Shown here in pieces: positions 9,244-18,905 of a stretch of DNA of 61,135 nt (the stretch's first letter is position 1; each line of letters begins with the position of its first letter). The stretch lies in sequence record PQ561393; one strand, given 5' to 3'. Origin of the DNA: Escherichia phage Ec1-ASingh. A model generated the notes under the pieces. It had not been told where the DNA came from and searched no databases. It worked only from the letters and a program-made list of their open reading frames with translations. The translations under genes and the position numbers were made by a program.

Positions 9244-11466
9244 ATGACCGTTATAAGTGGTGTTTTAATAAATGGGTTCGGGGAGCCAATGGCTAATACC
9301 CAACTCAGAGCGGTGGCCACATCTACTGCGTCCGCTATCGTGGGTGCCCCAGCTTATTCGAAAACGGGTACAGATGGCTCCTATTCGTTTACTCTGGAAA
9401 TAGGTTTTTATTCCTTCAGTATATGGTTTGATAACTTAGGATGGCAGTATGTGGGGGATATCCAAATACTAGAGAATACCCCGAACTCATCCCTTGACCA
9501 GCTTCTAGTGTTGCCGCCCAGTGTGCAGCCAATGGTGCTAACGAGAGTTCTACAGGCTCTAATAGATGCGGAAGCGGCGGCGGCACTCGCTGGTAGTCAG
9601 GCAGCCTTGGCGGAAGCGGCACGAAATGGAGCGGAAAGTGCCCGTGATGCAGCTGAGTCTATTGTGGATGTAAATGGAACTTACCCCACCATCGCAGCAG
9701 GGCTTGCCGCAACAACTTCCGGACAGTATTTCCGCGTTCCCCAGGGCGAAAATAGCGATGTTTCGTTCATTTACTACCAGAACAATAGCGGTACTGCCGT
9801 TGTTGTAGCTACGTTGTCGTCTGCATTTATCAATCAGCTGATTGGTAAGAACGACAACAAGACTCTTGCCACAATCATTGACAAAGACGGTCTGTCTTCG
9901 CTGGTAGTGGACGAGAAAGGGAATATCTTTGCCGGAGGCGATTCCACTCAGTCCGTAAATGAAAAATCCGACATGGTGCGGCAAAGCCGGGGGCCGGGGA
10001 TACGCCGAACCAGTCGCGCCGATGGCACGACTTTTGATCTGATCGACGATTACGGACAGTTATATTTGCCTGGTATGACAGTCAGTGTTCAGCAGACGTT
10101 CGAAAAAATTCGTACGCGTCTTAGCAACCTGATAAAAACCAAACGTGTGTTTGATGCCCGGGATTACGGGCTAAGTGCATTTTCGTCGGAAGACCAATGG
10201 TATGCGCTGCAACGCGCTACGCTCGCCGCATACTCGGCCGGCGGCGGGATGGTTTATATCCATACCGGGGCTTACCGGATTTCTCGACCTATTACCCCGA
10301 TGCCCGGTGTCGGATATATTGGGCCTGGGAAAAAGCTGGCCCGCCTGTTACCCTTTAAAGCGACCGCGCCGTTTCTGTATCGTGGTAATGAGACGTATAT
10401 TGATAACCTGTTATTCTCCGGATTCACGATCGACGGGGAGAACCAAACCCTAAACCCAACGTCAGGATATCTGCCGGAAATAAAAGCCATCTTCCTGCAG
10501 TATTGGTCCAACGGTATCATCGATAACATGGAAATTGTCAATATCGGCGCTACTGGTGTTGGGGTGGACATGCACAATAACTGCATCATCACCAGGAACA
10601 CCGTCGTTAACTGCGGGCGTTTGGCGGAAGAAGGGGCTTTGGGTGCTTCCGGGCTGGGTATCGGTACGGGATTCCTCGCAAGCGAGCCACTTTTTGTATC
10701 GCAAAACCTTTGTACGGATAATACAAACTACGGGATATTCTATGAACCTCAGCGCGGTGTAGGGACCGCACAGGACATTATCACCACAGCTAACGTCTGC
10801 CTTCGTAACTACGCAGGCATCGCCGACTGTGGTGTCGAGGGTCTTATCGTAGCTGACAACGAGCTGCGTGAAAATAAACACGGCTTCCTCATGTATCCTG
10901 GCACTAACAACGGTGGTAAGCCCGGGCGTCGCGGTCAGCTCCGCGGAAACGTTATCCGTGGCAATCTCGTAAACGGCATCACGTCGCTGTGCGAGAAAAC
11001 GGACCCGTTGCTCGGGGAATACGAGTTCAAGGATAACAAGATTTACGAAAACGCCGTCGATGGTGTCAACTTCCGCTACACGGTGTCGACGGTTAAAAAT
11101 CAGAACAACGTTATCCAAGCCAACGAGATTTATCGCAACGGTCGACATGGCATCGCCTTTGAGAAGGGAGATGTGATCAACGTCGATATCATGGACAACC
11201 GCATCTACAACAACGGTCAGACTGCGCCGGGTAACGCAATAGACATTACTGTGCCAATGTCTATGTCGTCAATCACTGGAAACAAGATCCGCGATACGCA
11301 ATCTGTGGTTACTCAGCAACGACCGCTGGCAATCTCTGGTAACCTTACTGACGTGGATATTTCAAACAACCACGGCTGCGGCAACGCGCAGTTCGGTCAA
11401 CTCAGCGGTACGCAGACCCGCGTTAACCTGAATAACAACCCTGGCATTTTTGAGGTGGTAGCATGA
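9244..11466 (+). CDS. Tailspike / tail fibre with right-handed beta-helix (pectate-lyase-like) domain, candidate polysaccharide depolymerase
   Basis: 740 aa; repeated N-x-G / I-x-N-N / R-x-N motifs characteristic of parallel beta-helix (..IYRNGRHGIAF..MDNRIYNNGQTAPGNAIDI..). Confidence 0.6.
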   Translation: MTVISGVLINGFGEPMANTQLRAVATSTASAIVGAPAYSKTGTDGSYSFTLEIGFYSFSIWFDNLGWQYVGDIQILENTPNSSLDQLLVLPPSVQPMVLTRVLQALIDAEAAAALAGSQAALAEAARNGAESARDAAESIVDVNGTYPTIAAGLAATTSGQYFRVPQGENSDVSFIYYQNNSGTAVVVATLSSAFINQLIGKNDNKTLATIIDKDGLSSLVVDEKGNIFAGGDSTQSVNEKSDMVRQSRGPGIRRTSRADGTTFDLIDDYGQLYLPGMTVSVQQTFEKIRTRLSNLIKTKRVFDARDYGLSAFSSEDQWYALQRATLAAYSAGGGMVYIHTGAYRISRPITPMPGVGYIGPGKKLARLLPFKATAPFLYRGNETYIDNLLFSGFTIDGENQTLNPTSGYLPEIKAIFLQYWSNGIIDNMEIVNIGATGVGVDMHNNCIITRNTVVNCGRLAEEGALGASGLGIGTGFLASEPLFVSQNLCTDNTNYGIFYEPQRGVGTAQDIITTANVCLRNYAGIADCGVEGLIVADNELRENKHGFLMYPGTNNGGKPGRRGQLRGNVIRGNLVNGITSLCEKTDPLLGEYEFKDNKIYENAVDGVNFRYTVSTVKNQNNVIQANEIYRNGRHGIAFEKGDVINVDIMDNRIYNNGQTAPGNAIDITVPMSMSSITGNKIRDTQSVVTQQRPLAISGNLTDVDISNNHGCGNAQFGQLSGTQTRVNLNNNPGIFEVVA

Positions 11467-12866
11467 CAACGTTAATTAAAAGTAACGCCCCATTCTTAGG
11501 CAAAAAAGCGGTATCGGAAAATGCACCTTTGCCTAGCGATGGCCTTTTGTACCTCGACTTCGAGAACAGCCAGTTTATCCGCAAAGCAGCAGGCGGTTCT
11601 ATCTTCCGAACCAATAAGGTTGCGGACATGATGTCGTTCACTCGCGTATCAAATGCAACGTATGTGGGAGAGAACGGCTTACTTCAATATGCTGCTGCAA
11701 ATGAGCCAGTTATTGAGTATGACCCGGCGTCCGGCGAGTGCAAAGGTCTTCGTGTGGAATACACAGCCACAAATAGGATCGCCAATAGCCAGCTTTTTGA
11801 TGCGGCTACCTGGACGGGGACAGGAGTGGTATTGACGCCAAACGATGCGGTAGCACCGGATGGTAACGCCACCGCCTATAAAATGATTGAATCCACCACA
11901 GACACGACAACACCGTCTTCCCGTAAAATTCGTACAGCGGTCACCATGGACGCAGTAGTGGGGCAACCCTATACCTTTAGCGTCTGGGCCAAAAAGAACT
12001 CGGGTAAAGTCGTACAATTGTCTGCTTCTGGCGGTGTTGCAACGCCTCAATACGCGAACTTCGACCTGGATGCTGGCCGCATTACGCTGAGTACACCGCT
12101 TCTGCTGCAAGCCAACATGCAAGCCTATCCTAACGGCTGGTACAGATGTTCTATTACAATCAATCCAACCGTGGCAGGCGACCCACTATTTGATATTGCA
12201 TTAACCAATGGCAATACGGCGGCAGGCTCACTTCCGTCGTACCCATCGTCCTCTTCAGGGTCTATCTACATATGGGGCGCTCAAGCCGAGCGAGCAGCCG
12301 GTTACACTTCGTACATCCCGACCAGCGGCGCGGAAAGCAAGCGTGATAATGACCTGCTCACCACACCAACTGGTTGGAATTTGATGGACTCTACACAAGG
12401 ATCCTTCTTTGTGGAAGTGCAGCACCCCTACAGCCTGAAACTGTTGTCCGGTGCGTATCAATCCCTGGCATGTGCGGTGGTTCTGGATAACGGTGTAGAA
12501 GGGGGCCATTACCGACTGGCTTATCGTACCCGTGATAACATGTATGGCCAGGCGGCGTGGGCGGAATTGAATGCTACTGGTGGGGCGACAGTAAGCGCTA
12601 ACATCCCAACGCTTTCCCCTGTAAGCAATTCTATTCAAGCCGCTTTTTGTTCATTTAATACCGCCAGTCTGCGAATGCGTGCTTACGACGGACAGGCCTG
12701 GTATCAGGCTAACCCGACGGCGATGCCTGCTACTTTATCTCGTATTTGTATTGGCCGCGGTTACGTCGGTTCGGTAAACTGGTTCACTGGTCACATCAAA
12801 AAGTTCGTATACTGGGCAAAAGAACTTACCGATGCCGAAGCTGTGGCATTTTTCGACGCACTGTAA
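11463..12866 (+). CDS. Tail fibre / receptor-binding protein (putative)
   Basis: 467 aa, 4-bp overlap with tailspike, last gene of tail module. Confidence 0.4.
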   Translation: MTTLIKSNAPFLGKKAVSENAPLPSDGLLYLDFENSQFIRKAAGGSIFRTNKVADMMSFTRVSNATYVGENGLLQYAAANEPVIEYDPASGECKGLRVEYTATNRIANSQLFDAATWTGTGVVLTPNDAVAPDGNATAYKMIESTTDTTTPSSRKIRTAVTMDAVVGQPYTFSVWAKKNSGKVVQLSASGGVATPQYANFDLDAGRITLSTPLLLQANMQAYPNGWYRCSITINPTVAGDPLFDIALTNGNTAAGSLPSYPSSSSGSIYIWGAQAERAAGYTSYIPTSGAESKRDNDLLTTPTGWNLMDSTQGSFFVEVQHPYSLKLLSGAYQSLACAVVLDNGVEGGHYRLAYRTRDNMYGQAAWAELNATGGATVSANIPTLSPVSNSIQAAFCSFNTASLRMRAYDGQAWYQANPTAMPATLSRICIGRGYVGSVNWFTGHIKKFVYWAKELTDAEAVAFFDAL

Positions 12867-12939
12867 TTGAGATACAGGTTATGTTTCATAAGTGTAGAAG
12901 TATATAGTTGTTAAGCCACGATACTCGGTATCAAAAGTA

Positions 12940-12988
12940 ATAAGGAAAGGAAATGGTAATAGCAACCGGTTTACGGTTGCTATTACCA
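12940..12988 (-). terminator. Terminator at convergence of tail module and minus-strand block
   Basis: Perfect 15-bp stem tggtaatagcaaccg / cggttgctattacca with 5-nt loop; U-rich tract follows on minus-strand transcript. Confidence 0.5.
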
Positions 12989-13057
12989 GATAGATAATCC
13001 TTAGAACGCTCTTTCTTTATCAAAACAGAATATCACCCACCAGTAGACCAGTTTCCT

Positions 13058-13168
13058 TTATACAACCCATGCCGCCAAACCTACCACAACCCACACTGCC
13101 GCGTTAAAGTAGACGAGTGCCCAACGGCGAGCTTGATAGGCGGGCATTTTATTAAGTAGCTTCCACAT
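13058..13168 (-). CDS. Small hydrophobic peptide (36 aa)
   Basis: ATG with strong RBS AGGGGGAA; MWKLLNKMPAYQARRWALVYFNAAVWVVVGLAAWVV; below the ORF-track size cutoff. Confidence 0.3.
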   Translation of the reverse strand: MWKLLNKMPAYQARRWALVYFNAAVWVVVGLAAWVV

Positions 13169-13179
13169 GTGTGTTCCCC

Positions 13180-13512
13180 CTAGATAATTTGCATTAAACC
13201 TGGTGCATATGTCTTTTCAAATCCTAGCTCAACCCGCGTCTCCCGCCAATTGTACCCTTCCAGATCGACCTCACCCGCGCAACGTATGCGCCCACCAGCT
13301 ACAGCCATCCACTCTTTTGACTTCCTGGTGTTAAGATCCAGTGGCTCAGTTTCAAAGATGTATACTTTACCGTCCGAATCAATAGCTGCGTACTTTGCCC
13401 ACTCTTCCACCGGAATAGGGAAACCGTATAATTTAACCCACTGCATAAACGGGCCTTCCACATTAGGAATCCCTTCATTATGCCTGTCTTTGTTCATACC
13501 GAGATATAACAT
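13180..13512 (-). CDS. Hypothetical protein
   Basis: ORF 13180..13614; start placed at internal ATG 13512, just after stop of upstream gene; true start may be 13614. Confidence 0.4.
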   Translation of the reverse strand: MLYLGMNKDRHNEGIPNVEGPFMQWVKLYGFPIPVEEWAKYAAIDSDGKVYIFETEPLDLNTRKSKEWMAVAGGRIRCAGEVDLEGYNWRETRVELGFEKTYAPGLMQII

Positions 13513-13516
13513 GTGG

Positions 13517-13693
13517 TCACTCCACGTATGTGTCGTAGATAGTGAGTGTCTGGTGCTCTTCGCCTGTTCGTTTACTATAAACGATAATATCGCCATGTTC
13601 CTCAACGAATGCAAGAAGCTCCTCCATCGTATTTATTTCAATTGGTTCTGCCCTGTGCCAATCGGATGCTTGTTTTAATATAAACATAGCCAT
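13517..13693 (-). CDS. Hypothetical protein
   Basis: ORF 13517..13750; start placed at ATG 13693 with RBS GAGGAGGG. Confidence 0.4.
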   Translation of the reverse strand: MAMFILKQASDWHRAEPIEINTMEELLAFVEEHGDIIVYSKRTGEEHQTLTIYDTYVE

Positions 13694-13792
13694 GCTAGTC
13701 CCTCCTCTTGGGTATGAACTAACAATATACTGAAATAAGTCTGAAAGCAACTAAATAAGGCGGGGCAATATGCGGCGTTTTGCGGGGTTGTA

Positions 13793-13826
13793 TACCCTGG
13801 CCAATACATACCCCTTGGCCAGGGTA
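13793..13826 (-). terminator. Stable hairpin immediately downstream of DNA polymerase stop (terminator or RNA element)
   Basis: 12-bp perfect inverted repeat taccctggccaa / ttggccagggta with 10-nt loop; weak U-tract. Confidence 0.3.
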
Positions 13827-13833
13827 TTTGCGC

Positions 13834-15819
13834 TTAACTGTACCCGAGTTTCTCGAGCAATTTTTCGGCTTTAGCAATGTAAGTGTCGTAGTCAATGTCG
13901 CTGGGTAGCTGGTCCACGAGTTCCATCATGGGTTTGCCACCTCCGGAACTACCAACACGGTTCCCGGATTTGATAATCTGGATCTCTTCCTGTGGCTCGT
14001 TGCTGTAGTACCATCGCACAACTTTACCGAGCGGGATCGTACCTTGCGCAGCACCTCCCGACACTGCTTTGATACACATAAACTTCCGTATATCTTTGCA
14101 CTCGTAGATCGTCTTGCCAACTGGTGTCCCGTCAATGAGCGTTTGCACAACTGCGTCCATAATGATCTCACCCATAGCATTTTTGGCAAGACCTGTTTCA
14201 CCGAACCATCCTTTACGCTTAACTTTAATCTTGCCATCTTCGTCAGGTGCGTAGATGGCGATGTAGTTGTTAACGTTGGCAGCGTTAAGGCGCATATAAG
14301 GTGACACTTCCATTTCAAACTTAGTCTGCCCTTCCCACCATTTAATGATGGAAGTGAACAGAGGCTTCTGTGTCTTCTTATACTTAATTACAATGCCGTC
14401 CGTGTTCGCACTGACCACATGTATCCCGTTCAGCTCCAGTGTCTCAATAAGCATAAGCAGGGAGAGCTGACCTGTAAGTGTCGTCTGAATAATCAGGTGC
14501 GGTGCGTACAGTATTGAGTAAGGGTTTCCGAACTTGCCATACGAGCCGTTGATAACGATCTTAAGGCTGTTTGCTTTCTTCTTATCCCCTGCGCGCTTGG
14601 CTGCAATACGGGTGTCAACAATGTGACGGAATACATCCAGGAAGCGAATGCTCAGGTGTTCAGGGTAGAGCTGCTGGTTCAGGATACAGATTGGATAATA
14701 GGACGTTACGTCCGCATCCACCATCTCTTCGTCGTCTTGAACGATCTGCTGCATGATCTTTTCACATGAGTGTAATCCGCCGATGCCCATGTTGTAGGTC
14801 GTGCCATTAATAGTGAAGTTGAGCGTGTCCATGGTGTGCGGTTGTTTAACATACCCGTCGTCACCAATCTGAAACACTGCATCCCGCACGATACCAAACA
14901 CCGACTGCATTAGCGGGGTCTGGAAGTTTAGGAACGTAGGTGGATTGAAGCGAAACCGTCTCCCGACCTCCACGACTGCCTTCTGCGGCTGGTATCCCAG
15001 GATCTTTTTCATCTCGTGCTTGATTACGTCTTCCGCAATCTGTGCATCTGAGCGTGACCGTAGATCGATATTGTATTCCAGGCTCATCTGCTCGCGTAGA
15101 GCTATTTGCTCGTCCAGCGATAAGAATAGCTGCAATGTTGTATCCAGGTCATTAATACAGTAAAACCGCACGATAGCGGCTTGCTCTTGGGACAGTGCCC
15201 ATTGAGGTGGAAACGGTAAATCCTGGAGCTTGCGCATGTGCATACGCCCGCCGTACTGTTTCAGGGAACCGAAGCCAGGTGCCACCTCCTGAATATCAAT
15301 GTGGTCATGCCAGAACTTCTTCACCCCCATGCTGGTAAGCACGTCCCACGGTGCCCACTCTTCAACGATAATACGGTCAGCCGCCTCTTTAAGCTTATCA
15401 CATCCAAGCCCGGCGCACGCAATGTAAGTTAAAGTGTTATCGAAGTTTCTGGAGTTGAACCCTACGGTGCGGAAGTTAGTCATCATCCATTTGTATTTGT
15501 CGGTGTCAATGCTACCACCCGCAAACATTTCGAAGTAATAGATCTTCCCGAATTTGACCCCTTTGAACGCGACCAGGAAATAGTTCTTATAGATTTCAAT
15601 ATCGTATATGAACGTTTCCTGAGCGAGGTACATCTCAATCAGCTCGCCGTCCGTCATGCGTGGGTCGTTAGCAGCAAAACGGATCGCGGCGTCTAACCCT
15701 GGCAGGTAGTCCGGGCGCTCCCATACCTTCTCAACGGGCAGACGCTTAACCTTTTCTTTCTTCTGTTTAGCTGCCGGTGGCAGGTCTTCCCAAAAGAAAC
15801 CAATGGCGTCTTTTCTCAT
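13834..15819 (-). CDS. DNA polymerase with N-terminal 3'-5' exonuclease motifs
   Basis: Exo motifs YDIEI, NFD, YxxxD; polymerase motifs DVTSYYP and KIVINGSYGKFG (family-B-like KxxxNSxYG); family assignment not fully certain. Confidence 0.7.
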   Translation of the reverse strand: MRKDAIGFFWEDLPPAAKQKKEKVKRLPVEKVWERPDYLPGLDAAIRFAANDPRMTDGELIEMYLAQETFIYDIEIYKNYFLVAFKGVKFGKIYYFEMFAGGSIDTDKYKWMMTNFRTVGFNSRNFDNTLTYIACAGLGCDKLKEAADRIIVEEWAPWDVLTSMGVKKFWHDHIDIQEVAPGFGSLKQYGGRMHMRKLQDLPFPPQWALSQEQAAIVRFYCINDLDTTLQLFLSLDEQIALREQMSLEYNIDLRSRSDAQIAEDVIKHEMKKILGYQPQKAVVEVGRRFRFNPPTFLNFQTPLMQSVFGIVRDAVFQIGDDGYVKQPHTMDTLNFTINGTTYNMGIGGLHSCEKIMQQIVQDDEEMVDADVTSYYPICILNQQLYPEHLSIRFLDVFRHIVDTRIAAKRAGDKKKANSLKIVINGSYGKFGNPYSILYAPHLIIQTTLTGQLSLLMLIETLELNGIHVVSANTDGIVIKYKKTQKPLFTSIIKWWEGQTKFEMEVSPYMRLNAANVNNYIAIYAPDEDGKIKVKRKGWFGETGLAKNAMGEIIMDAVVQTLIDGTPVGKTIYECKDIRKFMCIKAVSGGAAQGTIPLGKVVRWYYSNEPQEEIQIIKSGNRVGSSGGGKPMMELVDQLPSDIDYDTYIAKAEKLLEKLGYS

Positions 15820-16010
15820 TTCTTAGCTCCAGGCGGAATTTCACCTTTCCACAGACGGTAGAATATAGGTTTGTTCCTTAATTCCACACAGTCATCACAA
15901 GCTGGGCCCACTTTGTAGCGCGGATGGCCTTTGTGCTCCTGAGCCATCACATTCCAATGCTCTTCTAAGAGGCCCAATTCCCGCCCACAATAAAAACAGC
16001 ACTTACTCAT
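15816..16010 (-). CDS. Small zinc-ribbon protein
   Basis: 64 aa with CxxC...CxxC; ATGA overlap with polymerase start. Confidence 0.45.
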   Translation of the reverse strand: MSKCCFYCGRELGLLEEHWNVMAQEHKGHPRYKVGPACDDCVELRNKPIFYRLWKGEIPPGAKK

Positions 16011-16351
16011 AGCTCACCTTTCCGTTGCAGGTTTAACAGTTTGTCAATCACAATTTGTTTCCCTGCCGCTACACCAGTGTCCAGGATCTCCTGGCGCTCC
16101 TTACCAGTAAGCGCACGAGCTTCGCGACCTGCTTCGTACAATTCTTTATTGTCGCGAAGGTACTTGAGCACCTGCACAATTTCATTCTGAGGTGTATCAA
16201 TCGGCAAATGAAGCATTTCGGTCACTACCTTTTGTAGACCTGCGTATTTTGCGGGTCTAGCAAGCTGCTCACGCAGACGGGCGTTCTCCTGCTCCGCCTG
16301 CGTTGCACGTTTGCGATAGTCGTTCATTCGTCGTGTAAGTTCGTTAATCAT
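16007..16351 (-). CDS. Coiled-coil hypothetical protein
   Basis: Start placed at ATG 16351 (ATGA overlap with upstream stop); ORF track extends to 16453. Confidence 0.4.
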   Translation of the reverse strand: MINELTRRMNDYRKRATQAEQENARLREQLARPAKYAGLQKVVTEMLHLPIDTPQNEIVQVLKYLRDNKELYEAGREARALTGKERQEILDTGVAAGKQIVIDKLLNLQRKGEL

Positions 16352-17340
16352 AACTTGAACCCCGCTATTACCCCGCGCATGTTCTCGCCGTAGAAGATGA
16401 TCGGGGTGTTCATGTTTCGTTCGTCCATCACGTTGTACCGTGATGCGTCCCACTCTGTTGCAATACCTTTAAGCTGCAATAAAAGGTCTATATTGTAAAC
16501 CCCGACTGTCTGATACTCTTTAAACATAGCAGAAGCACCATCCAGCTCAACAAAGTGGGTTCTCGCCAGTGCGTTCTCGATGTATACCTTACCCATCTTG
16601 TCCGCGAACGGTTTGATCTTTTCGAGACAATTAAATAGTTCGCCGTCAATGGGGTACAGCGACTGACCCTTTTCCGTGCGTTCAATGATCGAATCAATGT
16701 TAGGCCACTCCAGAGCTAAGAGCTGGGTACGCAACCAACAGCCGTCCGCATAATGGAACGTCATGCTGTTTTTCGCCGCGCTAATATGCGTAGGCGCTTT
16801 TTTAATGCGCAGAAGCTCTTTAATTGCCATACGAGGAACAACGCAGTCCACAGGGAACACAGCACCGAACCAGTATTGCACGATACTAGCGTTATTGGTT
16901 GCGTACATGCTGCCCGCTTTCACCAGTACGCCGCAAGACCATGGGCGGGACGCATCGTCGCTTATAAACGGCTGTACGCGCTCTAAACCGCCGAGGAACG
17001 CTTCGCCGTTAATTGGGTAGGTTTCACCTTCAGGTTCTACGTGTACAGTGGGCCCGGTTAAGGTGTCCACGCTCACTTTAAACCCTCCAGACTTAATGTT
17101 CAATTTTCCGTTGGCCAGCATAGTCATCTGTACAGCGTCATCACACGCAGCGATAGCTTTAAGCATCGGTTCTGCTTTTGGTGTACAGTCAATCTGGAGG
17201 CCAATAGGTGCGCAGAGTGCAATCGTACCGTTAAACCCGCGAACGTATCCATTCTCGATACGGAAGTGGGTGAGCCCCTCCTGGAGCTCTTTACGGGCGA
17301 TCGAACCCTGCACGAAACGCAGTGCGCCTAGTAAGTCCAT
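16348..17340 (-). CDS. Sliding-clamp-like protein (beta-clamp-like), putative processivity factor
   Basis: 330 aa; pattern similarity to DnaN segments (..SDDASRPWSCGVLV....ATNNASIV..); adjacent to polymerase. Confidence 0.4.
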   Translation of the reverse strand: MDLLGALRFVQGSIARKELQEGLTHFRIENGYVRGFNGTIALCAPIGLQIDCTPKAEPMLKAIAACDDAVQMTMLANGKLNIKSGGFKVSVDTLTGPTVHVEPEGETYPINGEAFLGGLERVQPFISDDASRPWSCGVLVKAGSMYATNNASIVQYWFGAVFPVDCVVPRMAIKELLRIKKAPTHISAAKNSMTFHYADGCWLRTQLLALEWPNIDSIIERTEKGQSLYPIDGELFNCLEKIKPFADKMGKVYIENALARTHFVELDGASAMFKEYQTVGVYNIDLLLQLKGIATEWDASRYNVMDERNMNTPIIFYGENMRGVIAGFKL

Positions 17341-17789
17341 TATTTCACCTCCAGTCGAGCTGGGATAATAAGATCCACTGACCAGCTTGTCAATTCAACT
17401 TCGTTTGGAAGAGTGGGTTCACCCCATACATAATATTTCTTTAAAGGCCATCCCCTTATTGGGTCGAGAATACGGATGTTTCCCTCGAACGTTGATAGCG
17501 CAAGGATAGCGTGAGTCCCACCTTTCATATTAAGTGACGGCGTTGTCAAGATAAAAATCGCATCCCCAAATATTGTATTTTTTCGAGGGTGGCCGTAGCT
17601 GTATGGAATTTTGTATTCGTCCAGAATATCATCATACCACTCGCCTTTATCTCTTTTATAATACAGGCGCTCATGAAACTCATTATAGGCTTGATCCGCG
17701 GACAATCCAACAATCATCCCCATACAAGTAGCCATGCAAGAGTCGGGGGTTGGTTGCATTAAATGCTGCATCATCATTACCTCAATCAA
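17340..17789 (-). CDS. Peptidase C39-like cysteine peptidase domain protein
   Basis: QPTPDSCMATCMGMIVG (Q-x5-C-x3-C-LAM-like) and later HAILAL..ILDP, matching the C39 Gln/Cys/His/Asp arrangement; paralog of 48133..48594. Confidence 0.5.
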   Translation of the reverse strand: MIEVMMMQHLMQPTPDSCMATCMGMIVGLSADQAYNEFHERLYYKRDKGEWYDDILDEYKIPYSYGHPRKNTIFGDAIFILTTPSLNMKGGTHAILALSTFEGNIRILDPIRGWPLKKYYVWGEPTLPNEVELTSWSVDLIIPARLEVK

Positions 17790-18693
17790 ACAAATCGTGG
17801 AGACGCTCGTTGAACCGACCGTTGTGGTTAGCGAGTATCATAGCGTTGACCACACCGTAGGCCCACAGATTAAACGCTGCGCGGCTTTCATATATGGTTG
17901 ACAGGCGCTCGTAAGTGAAACCGTTCTCTTCTAAATATCGGAGAACGTTGTTTTGTTCTGTTTCTGAAAGATTACAAATATGCTGCCCTTGGGCGTGCCT
18001 TGAAGGAGATTTTTCAGAGACCTGCATTGGTCCCCATTTAGGTGTTTCAATAGCGCCGAAAGCGGCTGACTGAATCCAAGAGGATGAGTCGCATGAATAC
18101 CACGGATATCGTTCCATAAGCGGGCGGGAAGTAATCCCAAATCCATGCACTTTGATTTTAGCTCGCCCGCTTCCGTCCACCAAATGTTTATCCCACACTC
18201 TGTCCAACCAAACCTGGAGTTGCTGGGTACTTGCCCCAACCAATCCTCCAAGAGTGATGTAATCGTAATTGGCGACGTAGTGGTCGAGGTACTCGAAGGG
18301 TTCGTTGGCGTGGAAGCAGGGGAGGGGACGCACTCCGCGTAACTCCATCTCTTGCTGGTTTCGCCAAGTCTGTAAGGGGTCTCCGATTCCATCGAGGACT
18401 GACGCCATAAGGTTTCCGTCTTCAACCCGAATAATGTCTCTGTTCCGCTCGATATAGGCGCAGTATTCTTTAACTGAGAGTGTAACTCCGAGGGTAAAAG
18501 CAGAGAATGCTCCGGAATCGAGAAATATTCTTGCCTTGTCCGCTCGCATTGCATCAACATAGGATTGTTGCCCAACGTAGTGCCAGGACTCGAGAATATT
18601 TGGGATATTGCGCACGAGATTTTGTTCATGCTCGGTAAGTTTGACATAACGGTTCATCCCAGGCTTGTAACTGTTTGTGTAAACAGCGGCCAT
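17782..18693 (-). CDS. dpdA: DpdA-like DNA-guanine transglycosylase (TGT family)
   Basis: TGT-like FLDSGAF motif and (beta/alpha)-barrel-like pattern; start at ATG 18693 because a terminator hairpin lies inside the longer ORF-track version. Confidence 0.6.
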   Translation of the reverse strand: MAAVYTNSYKPGMNRYVKLTEHEQNLVRNIPNILESWHYVGQQSYVDAMRADKARIFLDSGAFSAFTLGVTLSVKEYCAYIERNRDIIRVEDGNLMASVLDGIGDPLQTWRNQQEMELRGVRPLPCFHANEPFEYLDHYVANYDYITLGGLVGASTQQLQVWLDRVWDKHLVDGSGRAKIKVHGFGITSRPLMERYPWYSCDSSSWIQSAAFGAIETPKWGPMQVSEKSPSRHAQGQHICNLSETEQNNVLRYLEENGFTYERLSTIYESRAAFNLWAYGVVNAMILANHNGRFNERLHDLFD

Positions 18694-18734
18694 ATAAATT
18701 TGGAAGGTATAATCACATTCAGCTTTGTACACTT

Positions 18735-18772
18735 TTCGCTCCAAACAAAATAAGCGCCCGTAGGCGCTTATT
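18735..18772 (-). terminator. Terminator between folE and dpdA
   Basis: Hairpin aataagcgcc-cgta-ggcgcttatt with U-rich run on minus transcript. Confidence 0.4.
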
Positions 18773-18905
18773 ATAGTACGTTGTGTTATTTGATTGCTAC
18801 ATGAAGCACAGTAACAGAGCGACAAGACTCCACACTGCAATCCAAGTGACCTTTCCACAACGATACGCAGGATTAATAGTCGTGTACTCCACAACGTATT
18901 TCATA

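Noticed and set aside
10462-11148. 228-aa minus-strand ORF
   Set aside because: Antisense within the beta-helix tailspike gene.
18694-18894. N-terminal extension of DpdA to the 370-aa ORF-track start
   Set aside because: The extension is hydrophobic junk and contains a terminator hairpin (18749-18772); the TGT-like domain begins after ATG 18693.
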